Shown here piece by piece: positions 1-12,505 of a stretch of 64,000 nucleotides of DNA. The stretch lies in NCBI GenBank assembly GCA_964016885.1, contig OZ024743.1, positions 26,784,001 through 26,848,000 on the forward strand, written 5' to 3'. Source of the DNA: Eledone cirrhosa (Eukaryota). The position numbers and the translations under genes were made by a program. The first letter of the stretch is position 1. Every line of letters starts with the position of its first letter. Below the pieces are notes generated by a model, which worked only from the letters and a program-made list of their open reading frames with translations, did not search any database and was not told where the DNA came from.

Positions 1-1870
1 CTGGCGTAGCAGCATCATCATTAACTGCTACAAGGGTAAAGGAGATGCCCTAGATAGGGGTAACTATAGAGGCATTAAATTAATCGACCAGGTCATGAAG
101 GTCACAGAAAAAGTAATAGCGCAACTAATCAGAGAGCGAATTGATCTAGATGAAATGCAGTTCGGGTTTGTGTCAGGTAAAAGTACCACAGACGCTCTTT
201 TCATTGTACGACAACTACAGGAGAAGTACCTAGCTAAAAGTAAATCCCTATACTTAGCTTTTGTCGACTTGGAGAAAGCCTTCGACAGAGTCCCCCGTTC
301 CATTATCTGGTGGGCTCTTAGAAAACTAGGTGTTGATGAATGGTTTGTGAGAGCTATACAAGCCATGTATAAAGAAACAGTCAGCAAGGTTAGAATTAAC
401 AACAAATATAGTGAAGAGTTTAGCGTAAAAGTTGGTGTTCATCAGGGCTCCCTTCTTAGCCCCCTACTATTTATTATTGCCCTTCAGGCTATAACAGAGG
501 AGTTCAACACCGGCTGCCCATGGGAACTCCTATAGGCAGATGATCTAACGCTCATAGCTGAATCAATGGCTGAACTAGAGAAGAAATTCCAAACATGGAA
601 GCATGGCCTAGAATCAAAAGCCTTAAAATTAACCTGTCTAAGACTAGAGTTCTAGTTTGTAGGAAGGAAAATAGGGCACCGGTCCATCCGAGAAATTGCC
701 CTGCTCAGTGTGTAGGAAAGGAGTAGGCAGAAACATTTTATGTCCCAAATGCAAAGTATGGGTGCATAAAAGATGTAGTGGGATCACAGGTAAGCTAGCT
801 AAGAATATAGATTTTATATGTGGCCGGTGCTCTGGTGCAATAAGTAGCAGCAAGTGCCCACAGAATACTAGCTCATTCCATTGCACAGATGGTTCTATAG
901 AAATAGTGGACAGCTTCCGTTACTTGGGTGACAAAAGCAGCAGTGGTGGAGGGTGCTCTGAAAGTACAGTAGCTAGAGTCAGAACTGGATGGAAAAAGTT
1001 CAGAGAGCTTATACCACTATTAGCCGCGAAAGAGTTCTCTCTAAAAATGAAAGGCAGGCTGTATGATGCCTGCATATGAACAGCAATGTTACATGGCAGT
1101 GAGACCTGGGCATTGTGTGCAGATGATATACGCAGACAGGAGAGGAATGAAGCTTGCATGCTCCGCTGGATGTGTAATAGTAATATACGTGAACGGCAAA
1201 GCATAAATGAACTAAGGGAGAAATTAGGAATAAGAGGAATCAGATGTTGTTTACTCGAGAGAAGACTACGTTGGTATGGTCACGTGATGCGCATGAAAGA
1301 CGACAGCTGTATAAAAAAGTGCAGGGCAATAAAAATAGACGGTAGCCACGGAGTAGGCAGACCCAGAAAAATCTGGGACGACTTGATAAATTCCGACCTC
1401 ACACACTTACACCTCTCCAAGACAATGTCACTGGACCGAGATCTTTGGCGCGACACAGTAATACAGAAGACCCGCCTTACCTAAGTATAAAGTGAAACCT
1501 ACTAGTCAGTAGACACCTCTAACAAAAATACACCCCCGTCCCACTACCCCCACCACATCCATACCACCCCTTTCAATGTAAAGTTATGTTGGTACCACAA
1601 CATCCAGTCCCGAAACAAATGAGGTCGTGTAGGTGTCATGACAAAAAAACACACAGTCCACGCTGTAATGTGGCCGTGTAGGTAACACGGTAAAAACCTC
1701 CCAGTCCACACTGTAAACGTGGTTGGTGTTAGGAAGGGCATCCAGCCGTAGAAAACCCGCCAGACAGTCCTATGCGAGCAAGACACTTACACTTGCCTCA
1801 AGTGGGAAAACTCCCATCCAAACCCATGCAAGCGTGGAAGATGGATGTTAAACGATGATGATGATGATGA
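1..1870 (+). mobile_element. RTE-clade LINE, family B, partial (cut by window edge), degenerate
   Basis: RT motifs (QFGF, AFVDLEKAFDRV, GVHQGS), PHD-like Cys cluster, RLRWYGHV C-terminus with stops and frameshifts; (GAT)n tail. Confidence 0.9.
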
Positions 1871-1917
1871 TACATATATATATATATACATATATACATA
1901 TATAAATATACATATAT

Positions 1918-2948
1918 GGTGCAATAAGTAGCAGCAAGTGCCCACAGAATACAAAATCATTCCATTGCACAGATGGTTCTATAGAAATAGTGGACAGCTT
2001 CCGTTACCTGGGTGATAAAATCAGCAGTGGGGGCGGGTGCTCTGAAAGTACAGTAGCTAGAGTCAGAACAGGATGGAAAAAGTTCAGAGAGCTTATACCA
2101 CTATTGGCCGCTAAAGGGTTCTCTCTAAAAATGAAAGGCAGGCTGTATGATGCCTGCATACGAACAACAATGTTACATGGCAGTGAGACCTGGACATTGT
2201 GTGCAGAGGATATACGCAGACTGGAGAGAAACGAAGCTTGCATGCTCCGCTGGATGTGTAATAGTAATATACGTGAACGGCAAACCATAAACGAACTAAG
2301 GGAGAAATTAGAAATAAGAGGGATCAGATGTTGTTTACTCGAGAGAAGACTACGTTGGTATGGTCACGTGATGCGCATGAAAGACGACAGCTGTATAAAA
2401 AAGTGCGGGGCAATAAAAATAAACGATAGCCACAGAGTAGGCAGACCCAGAAAAACCTGGGACGACTTGATAAATTCCGACCTCACACACTTACACTTCT
2501 CCAAGACAATGTCACTGGACTGAGAGCTTTGGCGCTACACAGTAATAGAGAAGACCCGCCTTACCTAAGTATAAAGTGAAACCTACTACACTCAGTAGGC
2601 ACCTCTAACAAAATACACCCCCGTCCCACTACCCCCACCCCTTTCAATGTAAAGTTATGTTGGTGTCACAACATCCAGCCCGAAATAAATGAGGTCGTGT
2701 AGGTGTCAAGACAAAAAAACACACAGTCCACGTTGTAATGTGGCCGTGTATGTAACACGGTAAAAACCTCCCAGTTCCACACTGTAAATGTGGTTGGTGT
2801 TAGGAAGGGCATCCAGCCGTAGAAAACCCGCCAGACAGTCCTATGCGAGCAAGACAACCACTCTTGCCTCAAGTGGGAAAACTCCCGTCCAAACCCATGC
2901 AAGCGTGGAATATGGACGTTAAACGATGATGATGATGATGATGATGAT
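1918..2948 (+). mobile_element. RTE LINE family B, 5'-truncated tandem copy
   Basis: Near copy of ~834-1870, sitting in the (TA)n stretch after the first copy's tail; (GAT)n tail. Confidence 0.9.
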
Positions 2949-2973
2949 ATATATATACATATATATATATACA

Positions 2974-3319
2974 TGGAGGCTTATGGCGTAGTGGTTAGAG
3001 CATTGGCCTTGCAATCGATAGGTAGTGAGTTCAATTCTCAGACCGGGTGATGTGTTGTATCCTTGAGCAAGACACTTTATTTCACATTGCTCCAGTTTAC
3101 TCAGCTGTAGAAATGACATGATAGGGACTGGAGTCCCTATCATTCCACTGTAAAGTGGTCGTGCAGGTGCCCTGGCAAAAAAGCACCCAGCACTCACTGT
3201 AAATGAGGTTGGTGTTAGGAAGGGCATCCAGCTGTAGAAATCAAGCCAGAATCAGTTCCCGTCCCACCCTTGCAAGCAGGGAAAAGTGGACGTAAAATGA
3301 AATGATGATGAATGATGAT
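2974..3319 (+). mobile_element. tRNA-derived SINE (CORE-like middle) with RTE-type 3' tail
   Basis: Pol III A box tggcgtagtgg and B box agttcaattct; CORE-like ccttgagcaagacacttta; 3' part shared with the RTE 3'UTR; (GAT)n tail. Confidence 0.75.
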
Positions 3320-3343
3320 ACATATATATATATATATATATAC

Positions 3344-3748
3344 ATAAACGTTTGTATATGTATAATAAAACCAAAACAATGCAGGTATGGACATAGAATA
3401 AAGAATGCAAATGCAAAAGATATTGTTGACAATTAGTCTTTTACCTTAGATTTATTTAAATGTCCTTAATTTTCGAGATATCTCTTCTTCGGAGGGAAGT
3501 AAAGCGGTTAAACCAGTGTTCTAAATAGCTTGCCAAGTCATGCTGTCAGCATGACTTGGCAAGCTATTTAGAACACTGGTTTAACCGCTTTACTTCCCTC
3601 CGAAGAAGAGATATCTCGAAAATTAAGGACATTTAAATAAATCTAAGGTAAAAGACTAATTGTCAACAATATCTTTTGCATTTGCATTCTTTATTCTATG
3701 TCCATACCTGCATTGTTTTGGTTTTATTATACATATACAAACGTTTAT
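3344..3748. repeat. perfect 405-bp palindrome (202-bp arms, 1-nt spacer at 3546)
   Basis: 3344-3545 is the exact reverse complement of 3547-3748; the ORF track shows the same peptide on both strands. Confidence 0.95.
3597..3628 (+). ncRNA. minimal hammerhead-ribozyme-like motif (mirror copy on - strand at 3464-3495)
   Basis: CCU-CCGAAGA-A-GAG(AUAU)CUC-GAAA-AU-UA-AGG; U4 is replaced by C. Confidence 0.45.
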
Positions 3749-3809
3749 ACCTCATTACACAATGCATCAAGTGAACTATAACCTCCTCCATATATATACA
3801 TATATATAT

Positions 3810-3965
3810 GTGGAGGTGCCACGGCAAAAAAGCATCCAGCACTCACTGTAAATGAGGTTGGTGTTAGGAAGGGCATCCAGCTGTAGAAATCAAGCCAGAA
3901 TCAGTTCCCGTCCCACCCTTGCAAGCAGGGAAAAGTGGACGCAAAAAAAATGATGAATGATGATA
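3810..3965 (+). mobile_element. SINE/RTE 3'-tail fragment
   Basis: Near-identical to ~3165-3319. Confidence 0.75.
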
Positions 3966-4193
3966 TATATATATATATATACATATATATATACATACAT
4001 ATATATATACATACATATATATATATATACATACATACATATATACATACATATATATATACATACATATATATATACATACATTCATATATACATATAT
4101 ACATAAATATATATATATACATACATACATATATATATACATACATATATATATACATACATATATATATACATAAATACATACATATATATA

Positions 4194-4247
4194 TGATGGC
4201 TGCCCCCTCGTAATCGAGTATGGCCATTGCACGAGAAGAAAAAAAAG

Positions 4248-4281
<34 letters not shown>

Positions 4282-4386
4282 AAAATTGAATAAAAATAAA
4301 AAAAAATAAAAAAATATATATATATATATACATACACATATACACATACAAACTCACACACATATACACACACATACATTAATAAC

Positions 4387-4424
<38 letters not shown>

Positions 4425-7400
4425 TAATAATAACGACAACAACAATAATAATATACATATACATATACATACACACGCACACACATAAGCATATCTACAC
4501 ACACACACGATAGCAACTAACAGCGCTGCGATCGAATGTGGCTTTTTAGCCCAGCCAATGATCTAAAATGTCTTGCACAGAGTCGGCAACCAAAACATTC
4601 ACTGGGAATAGTCGGCTGTGGTTGGAGTTCATGTACTTTTGCATGTCACTTGAGCCCTCCTGCTGATTTACATTCTCTACCACATGTTTGGCAAGCATGA
4701 TGAGTAGCATCTCCAACAGCAGCCTGGTAGTCAACCACTGGTTTTACTTTGTGACTGCGAAGATGACTTTCGAGTCCAGCTTTGCTTAGGCAGAGTCTCG
4801 CACAGACGCTGCATGTCAGCACCATAGGAGGACCCTCGCCGTCTGGAAGTGCAACAGCAATGCCCTTCCTCACATCCCGCTTTACTTTCTCGTATGCGAT
4901 TCGAGATACCTCAAAGGCAACTTCTCCCTCATATACACTCTTTCTCCATTTATTACGATCAGCAGCAATATTCTCCCATGTATCAGCAGAGATGTTAGCG
5001 TCTTTCAGAGAGGCTTTCAAGGAATCCTTATACCTCTTTTTTGGTTTATGTGGCGGTCGTTTTCCTTTAACCAACTCTCCATAAAAGAGTTGTTTTGGCA
5101 TTCTAGAATCCTTCATCCTGGCAAGGTGACCACTCCAACGGAGTCGTTGCTTAAGCACAAGAGCTTCTATACTGTCACACATAGAGCTTTCCAAAATCTC
5201 GACATCACTGATGTGGTCCCTCCAGTGAACGCCATGGATCCGTCTGAGACACATCTGATGGAAACGCTCCAATTGCTTAAGGTGGTGTCGATATGTGACC
5301 CAGGTCTCGCAGGCATAAAGAAGACAAGAGAGCACACATGCCCTGTACACCTTTACCTTTGTCCTCCTGCATATGTCTCGCCGACCCCAGAGTCGCCTTT
5401 CTAGCTTTCCTAATCCTAAGTGAGATTTCACTGTCAAGGTTGCTGTATCGATTGACAGTGCTTCCCAGGTAGACAAACTGATCAACCACTCCAAGTCGTT
5501 TGCCATACACATAGATGTTTGGTTCAGTGTACTGCTTACCAGAGGAAGGTTGGTACATGACGACGGTTTTCTTGAGACTGATAGTCAGACCTAGGGCAGT
5601 GCAAGCGTCAGAAAATGCATTCAAAATGTGCTGCATATCACTCTCTGTGTGCGCTACAAGATCGCAATCATCTGCATACAAGAGGTCTCTTATGATTGAT
5701 GCAAATACTTTTGTCTTCGCAGCAAAGCGCCTGATGTTAAATATGCTGCCTGAGGTTCGATATCGGATGTAAACACCATGCTCGCAATTCCTGAATGCAA
5801 TTCAGAAAACCATTGCAAAGTATATGGCAAACAGGGTCGGTGCTGGAATATCCCCCTGTTTCACTCCATTTTTTACTGAGATAGGCTCCAACATGTTACC
5901 CCCGACATTAACCCAAGCCTTCATGTCGTCATGGAAAGACCTAACTAAAGCAAGGAACTTATCAGGGCAACCAAGTTTCTGGAGAACCTTCCATAATGCA
6001 TCTCTGTTAACAGTATCGAAAGCTTTTGTCAGATCGACAAAAACCTGATACAGATCCAAGCCTTGTTCCATGCACTTCTCCTGGAGCTGTCTAGCTGAGA
6101 AGATCATATCAGTAGTGCCGCGTCCAGCACGAAAACCAGATTGACTTTCAGGAAGAACACAATCTGCAATGTGTGTCAGCAGACGGTCCAGAAGCACCCT
6201 ACATAAAACTTTCCCTACGACAGAAAGCAATGATATACCTCTGTAGTTCCCACAATCATTCCTGTTACCCTGTCCCTTGTACAAGACCACCATTACTGCA
6301 TCTCTCCAGTCCTCAGGTACGGATTCATTAGCCCATATCCTGCCAAACAAAGAGTGAAGATGTTGCAAGAGTCTCTCACCACCATATTGTAGGAGCTCAG
6401 CATGTATGCCATCCATACCTGGAGATCTTCCACTGTTCAGCTTCGAAATAGCCACTGCAACCTCCACAAGCGTCGGAGGTTCTGCGAGAGCTACTTTCAC
6501 AGGACTTTCTGGAATGAGATTGAGGAAATCTTCACTGACGACAGACGGCTGATTCAAAAGATCATCAAAGTGCTCTCGCCACCTTCGTAGAATTCCTTGT
6601 GAGTCACGAAGAAGTTCTTTGCCATCCTTGCTGCGAAGCAGTGTCACCAGAGAAGAAGACGGTCCATAAACCTCACGCAAGAGACTGTACAACAGCTTTG
6701 TGTTATTGGAATCAGACGCAGTTTGTATCTCACCAGCCTTCTCACTCCACCACTGATCCTTCATCTGAGAAAGACTCCGCCTAACACGTGATTTTACATC
6801 CCTGAGTTCCTCATGCAACGTATTCCTCTCCTGTGGTTTTGCCGTCAAGTAGCGTGACAGAGCACGCCTCTTATCAGCCAACAAGTCTTCTATATGTACA
6901 TCATTCTCATCAAACCAGTCCTGATGTTTCCTCTGCGCTAATCCCAGAACACGCCTTCCTACATCATAAACCGACTTTTTAAGGGTCGGCCAATCCTCAC
7001 CAAGATCTGCAGCCTGCATCTCTTCTTCCAATATCCTCTTCACATTTTTATCCTTAAGACGAGCAGCATTCAATCTTTTGGGCAGGGCAACACCAGGAGC
7101 CCGGATTTTACGTTTAGTGATTAGTTTCACTTTTGCGCGTACCAGGCGGTGGTCCGTCCAGCACTCAGCTCCACGAAGAACACGAACACACTGCACATCC
7201 TGTCTGTCACGCATTCTGACTAGGACGTAGTCCAAAAGATGCCATTCCTTAGATGCAGGATGCATCCATGTGGTCTTGAATTTGTTCTTTTGTTGGAACA
7301 TGGTGTTGGTAACACACAGATCCAGCTCCTCACACATCTGCAGCAGGAGCATACCATTGCTGTTACACTTTCCCACCCCATGCCTTCCGATTACATTCCA

Positions 7401-8410
7401 TGTGTTAAAATCCCTACCCACTCTAGCATTAAAGTCACCAAGCACGATGACTTTATCTGCCTGAGGGATATTTCTTAAAACACCTTTCAAGGCATGGTAA
7501 AAGGACACCTTTTCCTCATCAACAGAACTCATAGTTGGAGCATACACACTCACCAGGGTAGCATATCTTCCCTTGTCCAGCGGAACTCTCATGGACATAA
7601 GACGCTCACTAATCCCTACTGGGAATTCTTCTAATTTGTTCACAAGCACAGTCTTAACAGCAAATCCTACCCCAGCCTCTCTTCTGGTTCCTTCATCTCT
7701 TCCTTTCCAGAAGAATGTATATTCTCCACAAAATTCCGTAAGATGACCATCTCCAGCTAGCCTCGTCTCAGATAAAGCCACGATGTCAAGATCGTAACGT
7801 CGAAGCTCCTTTGCAACAAGAGCGGTCCTTCGTTCAGGACGCCCCAAGGAATCCCTGTCAAGCAGCGTCCGTACGTTCCAGCAGCCAAGACTAAATGCCT
7901 TGTTTGGCTCTATTACAATGGCACGATGACGAGCGGGCCCAGGCTGTGATAACCTGGGGCCCCTGCCCTTATTGCCAATGATCTTTTTTGTTCCAGAACC
8001 TAAATTGCCAATTATCTCTTTTATATTGTTCTGGAACATCATTGAATTGGAAAAAAAAAAAAAAAAAAAAAAAAAAAATAATAATAGTAATAATAATAAT
8101 AATAATAGTACACTATTAATAATTATTAATGCACTCGTGCAATGCCTGTGCGTGACGAATATTTTTAAAGTGAGGAAAGACTGTGCACTGAGCCAATCCC
8201 ACTCTGAGCGACAGTAGCTATAACCCGAAAAGAAGAAAAGATCAACATCATCGGTAACTACTGAGCCACAGGTTTTATGTCGGAGTTAACCCAGTTTCCT
8301 GAGATGCCTTCTCCTAGAAGAATGCCCTGACAAGGGCTAGGGGTTCTTCACTCCCAGTGGTTTAACTGCGCGATCGGGCATCCAGCCCGATTATTTCTAT
8401 GTCCCCGCGC
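4194..8410 (-). mobile_element. BovB-like RTE LINE, near full length, pseudogenised (APE + RT + three zinc fingers)
   Basis: GCWNVRTL/ALSETR/GDFNARVG/LDYVLV/TDH APE motifs; RT motifs QSGFR, FVDLTKAFD, GVKQG, LYADD. In-frame stops at 5802-5804 and 4646-4648, frameshift near 5410, ORF end at 4517. 5'UTR ~8160-8410; 3' tail ~4194-4235. Confidence 0.92.
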
Positions 8411-8542
8411 AAAAAAAAAAAAAAAAAAAAATCACTTATTGACACTTATACGTACGACATACACACACACGCACACAGCAACACTCATACATACAAACAA
8501 ACACACACACGCTACTCTACTCACTTACACACACGCACACAT

Positions 8543-9701
8543 ATCATCATCATCATCATCATCACCGTTTTACGTCCGTTCTTCCACGCTAGCATGGGTT
8601 AGACGGGTTGTCCTGTTGTGGGCAGTGTCTGGTCGGCTGACCATGCCTTGCTCATACAGGAACTGATCTGGCTTGATTTCTACAGCTGGATGCCCTTCCT
8701 AACACCAACCTCATTTACAGTGAGTGCTGGGTGCTTTTTCGTGGCGCCTACACGTCCACTTTACAGTGTGGGCTGGGTGCTTTTTTGCCGTGGCACCTCC
8801 ACGACCACCTTGCGGTGGGGGGGGGGGGGCATATTGTTTATATGCTTCAGCATGTACCCATGGGAGGTCGGGTACCCTGTATTACTGCGTGACGCCAGAG
8901 GTCACGGTCGTGTGTCATTGACTTTGAGAGGTGTAGTTGGGTAAAGTCGGCTTTTATCACCTCATCCCAAGTCATCTTGGGTCTCCCCACTCCGCGGTTT
9001 CCATCAACTTCTAGTGCTCTGCACCTTTTATGCAGCTGTCATCCTTCATACGCATCACATGTCCATACCAGCGTAACCGCCTCTCCTGCACGCAGCATTT
9101 GATTCCTCTTATGCTCAGTCTCTCTCTCAATTCATTTATGCTTTGTCGTTCACGTATATTGCTGTTACACATCCATCGGAGCATGCAGGCTTCGTTTCTC
9201 TCTAATCTACGTAAGTCTTCCACCTTCAGCGCCCAGGTCTCACTACCATGCAACATCGCTGTTCGGATACACGCATCATACAGTCTGCCTTTCATTCTGA
9301 GGGAGAAGCCTTTTGCAGCTAGCAGTGGTAGTAGTTCCCTAAACTTCTTCCATCCCGTTCTTACCCTAGTTATTGTACTTTCTGAGCACCCACCTCCGTT
9401 GCTAATTCGGTCACCTAGGTAGCAGAAGCTGTCTACTGTTTCTACAGGGCCCTCCCAGAGATTGGTGGTACTTGTTTCCTGTGGCTGTTTGCTTGCTGTT
9501 TCAGCACAGCTGCTGCATGTGAATCCTACATTCTTAATTAAGCTTCCTGAGATCCCGCTACATCTCTTGTGTACCCATTGTTTGCATTTGGGGCAAAGAA
9601 TGGAGTTCCTACCTACACCTTTCCTACATACTGAGCAAGGCCATTTCCCTGAGGGGATCTGGGTTCTGTTTTCTCGTCTACTTATAAGGACCTTAGTCTT
9701 T
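8543..9701 (-). mobile_element. RTE LINE family A, 5'-truncated
   Basis: Reverse complement of 14250-15410 with only a handful of differences; tail appears as (CAT)n on +. Confidence 0.92.
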
Positions 9702-9853
9702 ATATATATATATATATTACCGTCATTACTGATACAAGATTACAAGATTATGTCAACTGTTGACATATATATATACATACATATATACATACATATATAT
9801 ACATACATACATATACATACATACATACATACATACATACATACATACATACA

Positions 9854-9903
<50 letters not shown>

Positions 9904-10153
9904 CACAGTTCAAGAGTAACCAATCTTAAAGAGAGAGATGTAGATAGGAGAGGAGAGATTGTTGAATTAGTTAGAAGCCAAAGTGAAAGGCATGTGCTCA
10001 ATGTGCAATATGCAGTAGAAAGCAGCTAGGTAGCTGGGATCATGCAGAAGTTGACAATCTTTTAATAATGTCTTCCTTGTGAAATTTGTGGTCTTGTTTT
10101 GCTTAACTAATGAATATATATATCACATACACACACATATATATATATATGTG

Positions 10154-10187
<34 letters not shown>

Positions 10188-11665
10188 TATATGTATACAC
10201 ATGATGGCCACAAACTCGTGTTCGAGCATTGCTATTGCCTGATATTATAAAAGAAATTACCTATTTGATAGTTTACTTTCTCCTGATGGATTTTTGGTGT
10301 CATACTGAAAAACATCAGGTGCCTAGAAATAGTAATAAACAATAGAGTTTTAATTTTCAATTACAAAATTTAATCAAAAAGAACTGAAGGACATTTCTTC
10401 TGATTTTACACAATTCACTACACACTGTGCTATTTTACTGCTCTAAATGACACACTATGCATGTGCTGAATGTGCATACAGGCACACACACACTGGATTA
10501 ATGTTGGATATTTGCTTTGCTTTAATAGTGATCCTTAAATCTGGATATTTGTTCTGCTTTAATAGTGATACTTTGATCGAATCAAAGAAACTGTTTCTAT
10601 TGATCATACCATCCAGTCCCACTTGATTACATAGATCAACAAAATTTAAAAAAAATTCTGCTTCCGAGCTCAAATATCACTCACTTTATGCATTTTGGGC
10701 ATTTAACCTGAAAATGACAAAATAGTTGAGAGGTTAGGTCTAATTATTTAGATATTTGAGATTTTATGATTTACAAATAAGTGATGACACAAAAATGATG
10801 CTCACTTCATGTTGATTACACAGCATCTCTTAGCCTGCTTCTTGTATTCAAGTTCTGGTGCATCACTTGTAACTGACCAAAATTAATCTACAAACATTTA
10901 TTTACCCTGATGTCATTTTTCCATGGTTGTAATATCTTGGTAAAACATTCTCTGTGTTTGGTACTCACTGCACCGCAATTTGATGAGAAGAAATTCTCAC
11001 AGAGTTGTCAGGGGCCTGCATCTTGCTTACATATGATCCTGTATTCTACAAAATATATTTTATCATGGCACCAGTACTAAGAAGGTTTCATGTCTTTGAC
11101 ACAACTGAAGAGTCATCCCAACTCTTTGTTTGGTAGATTTTCTATGGCTAGATGCCTTTCCTATCACCAGCCACTTTATAGAGTGTACTAGTCATTAATA
11201 CAAGGAAGGGTGTCATGTCTTTGACACAACTACAATCTCCTTCCCTTTTGTTTGGCAAGCTTTCTATGGTTGCATGTCTTTCTTATTCACAACCACTTTA
11301 CAAAGTGCTTAGATGGGCTGGGAGCCCATGTCTCTACATACATTCTCAGAGTGCATTTTATCATGGTGCCAGCACTAATGAAGTTGTCTTGTCTTTGCCA
11401 CCAATGAAGAGTCCTCCTGACCTTTGTTTGACATACTTTCTACAGCTAGATACCCTTCCTAATACCAACCACTTTACAGAGTTTACTGGGTACATTTGAC
11501 ATGTAGATCACCAATACTAAAAATTACAAAAAAAGAATTTAATTCTTGAAATTTTTATTTATCCAACATTTCCTTCAGCTTACAACATTGATCAACAGTT
11601 ATATTTCATAAAAAATAACCCAATTAAAAAAAGTAACAATTAAATACTAATGATTCTATACTTAC

Positions 11666-11871
11666 AGTTTCTTTTTGATCTTCAGCAAATGAAGGGTGAT
11701 TATCTTGACTGTAAGTTGGACTGGAGGATGCTGAAGAATCCCCATCACTTTCATGCATTGTAAGGCTTGATTCATTTGGGTGGATATTTGTTTCAGGAAC
11801 AAGCAGTTTACTGGGAGGGGAGAATATTTTTGAATGGTCAACTGCCAGGATTTGGTTTTCAGGTACAAAAA
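11666..11871 (-). CDS. MADD: probable MADD exon (divergent linker)
   Basis: Polypyrimidine tract plus ctag acceptor and gtaagt donor. 206 nt, open in the phase-1 frame left by the previous exon: (I)FVPENQILAVDHSKIFSPPSKLLVPETNIHPNESSLTMHESDGDSSASSSPTYSQDNHPSFAEDQKET. Confidence 0.78.
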
Positions 11872-12023
11872 CTAGAGAATTAGGAGAAAAAAGAAGTGTT
11901 AATTTTGTTTACCAATTGCATTGGTGGTATTTATGCAAGAAAGACATTTTCCATGGAAAGGACGAGAAGTGCTAATTTGTATATTCAGATATCTAAGCAA
12001 GCAGTCTGTTACTCCTCAGTTGG

Positions 12024-12026
<3 letters not shown>

Positions 12027-12065
<39 letters not shown>

Positions 12066-12184
12066 TACATATATATATATATACACACATACATATATAT
12101 ATATACATATATATATACACACATACATATATATATATACATACATACATATATATATATACACACACATACATATATATATAT

Positions 12185-12215
<31 letters not shown>

Positions 12216-12218
12216 CAT

Positions 12219-12249
<31 letters not shown>

Positions 12250-12342
12250 CACACATACATATATATATACACACATACATATATATATATATATATACAC
12301 ACACATACATATATATATATACACACATACATATATATATAT

Positions 12343-12425
<83 letters not shown>

Positions 12426-12505
12426 CACACACATACATATATATATATATATACACACATACATATATATATATACACACATACATATATATATATACAC
12501 ACACA
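12027..12505. repeat. compound (TA)n/(CA)n/(TACA)n microsatellite
   Basis: Seen directly; similar arrays at ~3965-4193, 4245-4508, 9765-9905, 15410-15728, 18600-18745, 46478-46620. Confidence 0.95.

Noticed and set aside
2974-3050. tRNA-like sequence
   Set aside because: SINE head that continues into a CORE-like body and LINE tail; no intact cloverleaf.
10806-10873. AG/GT-bounded candidate downstream MADD exon
   Set aside because: Contains a stop in the phase required by exon 11666-11871.
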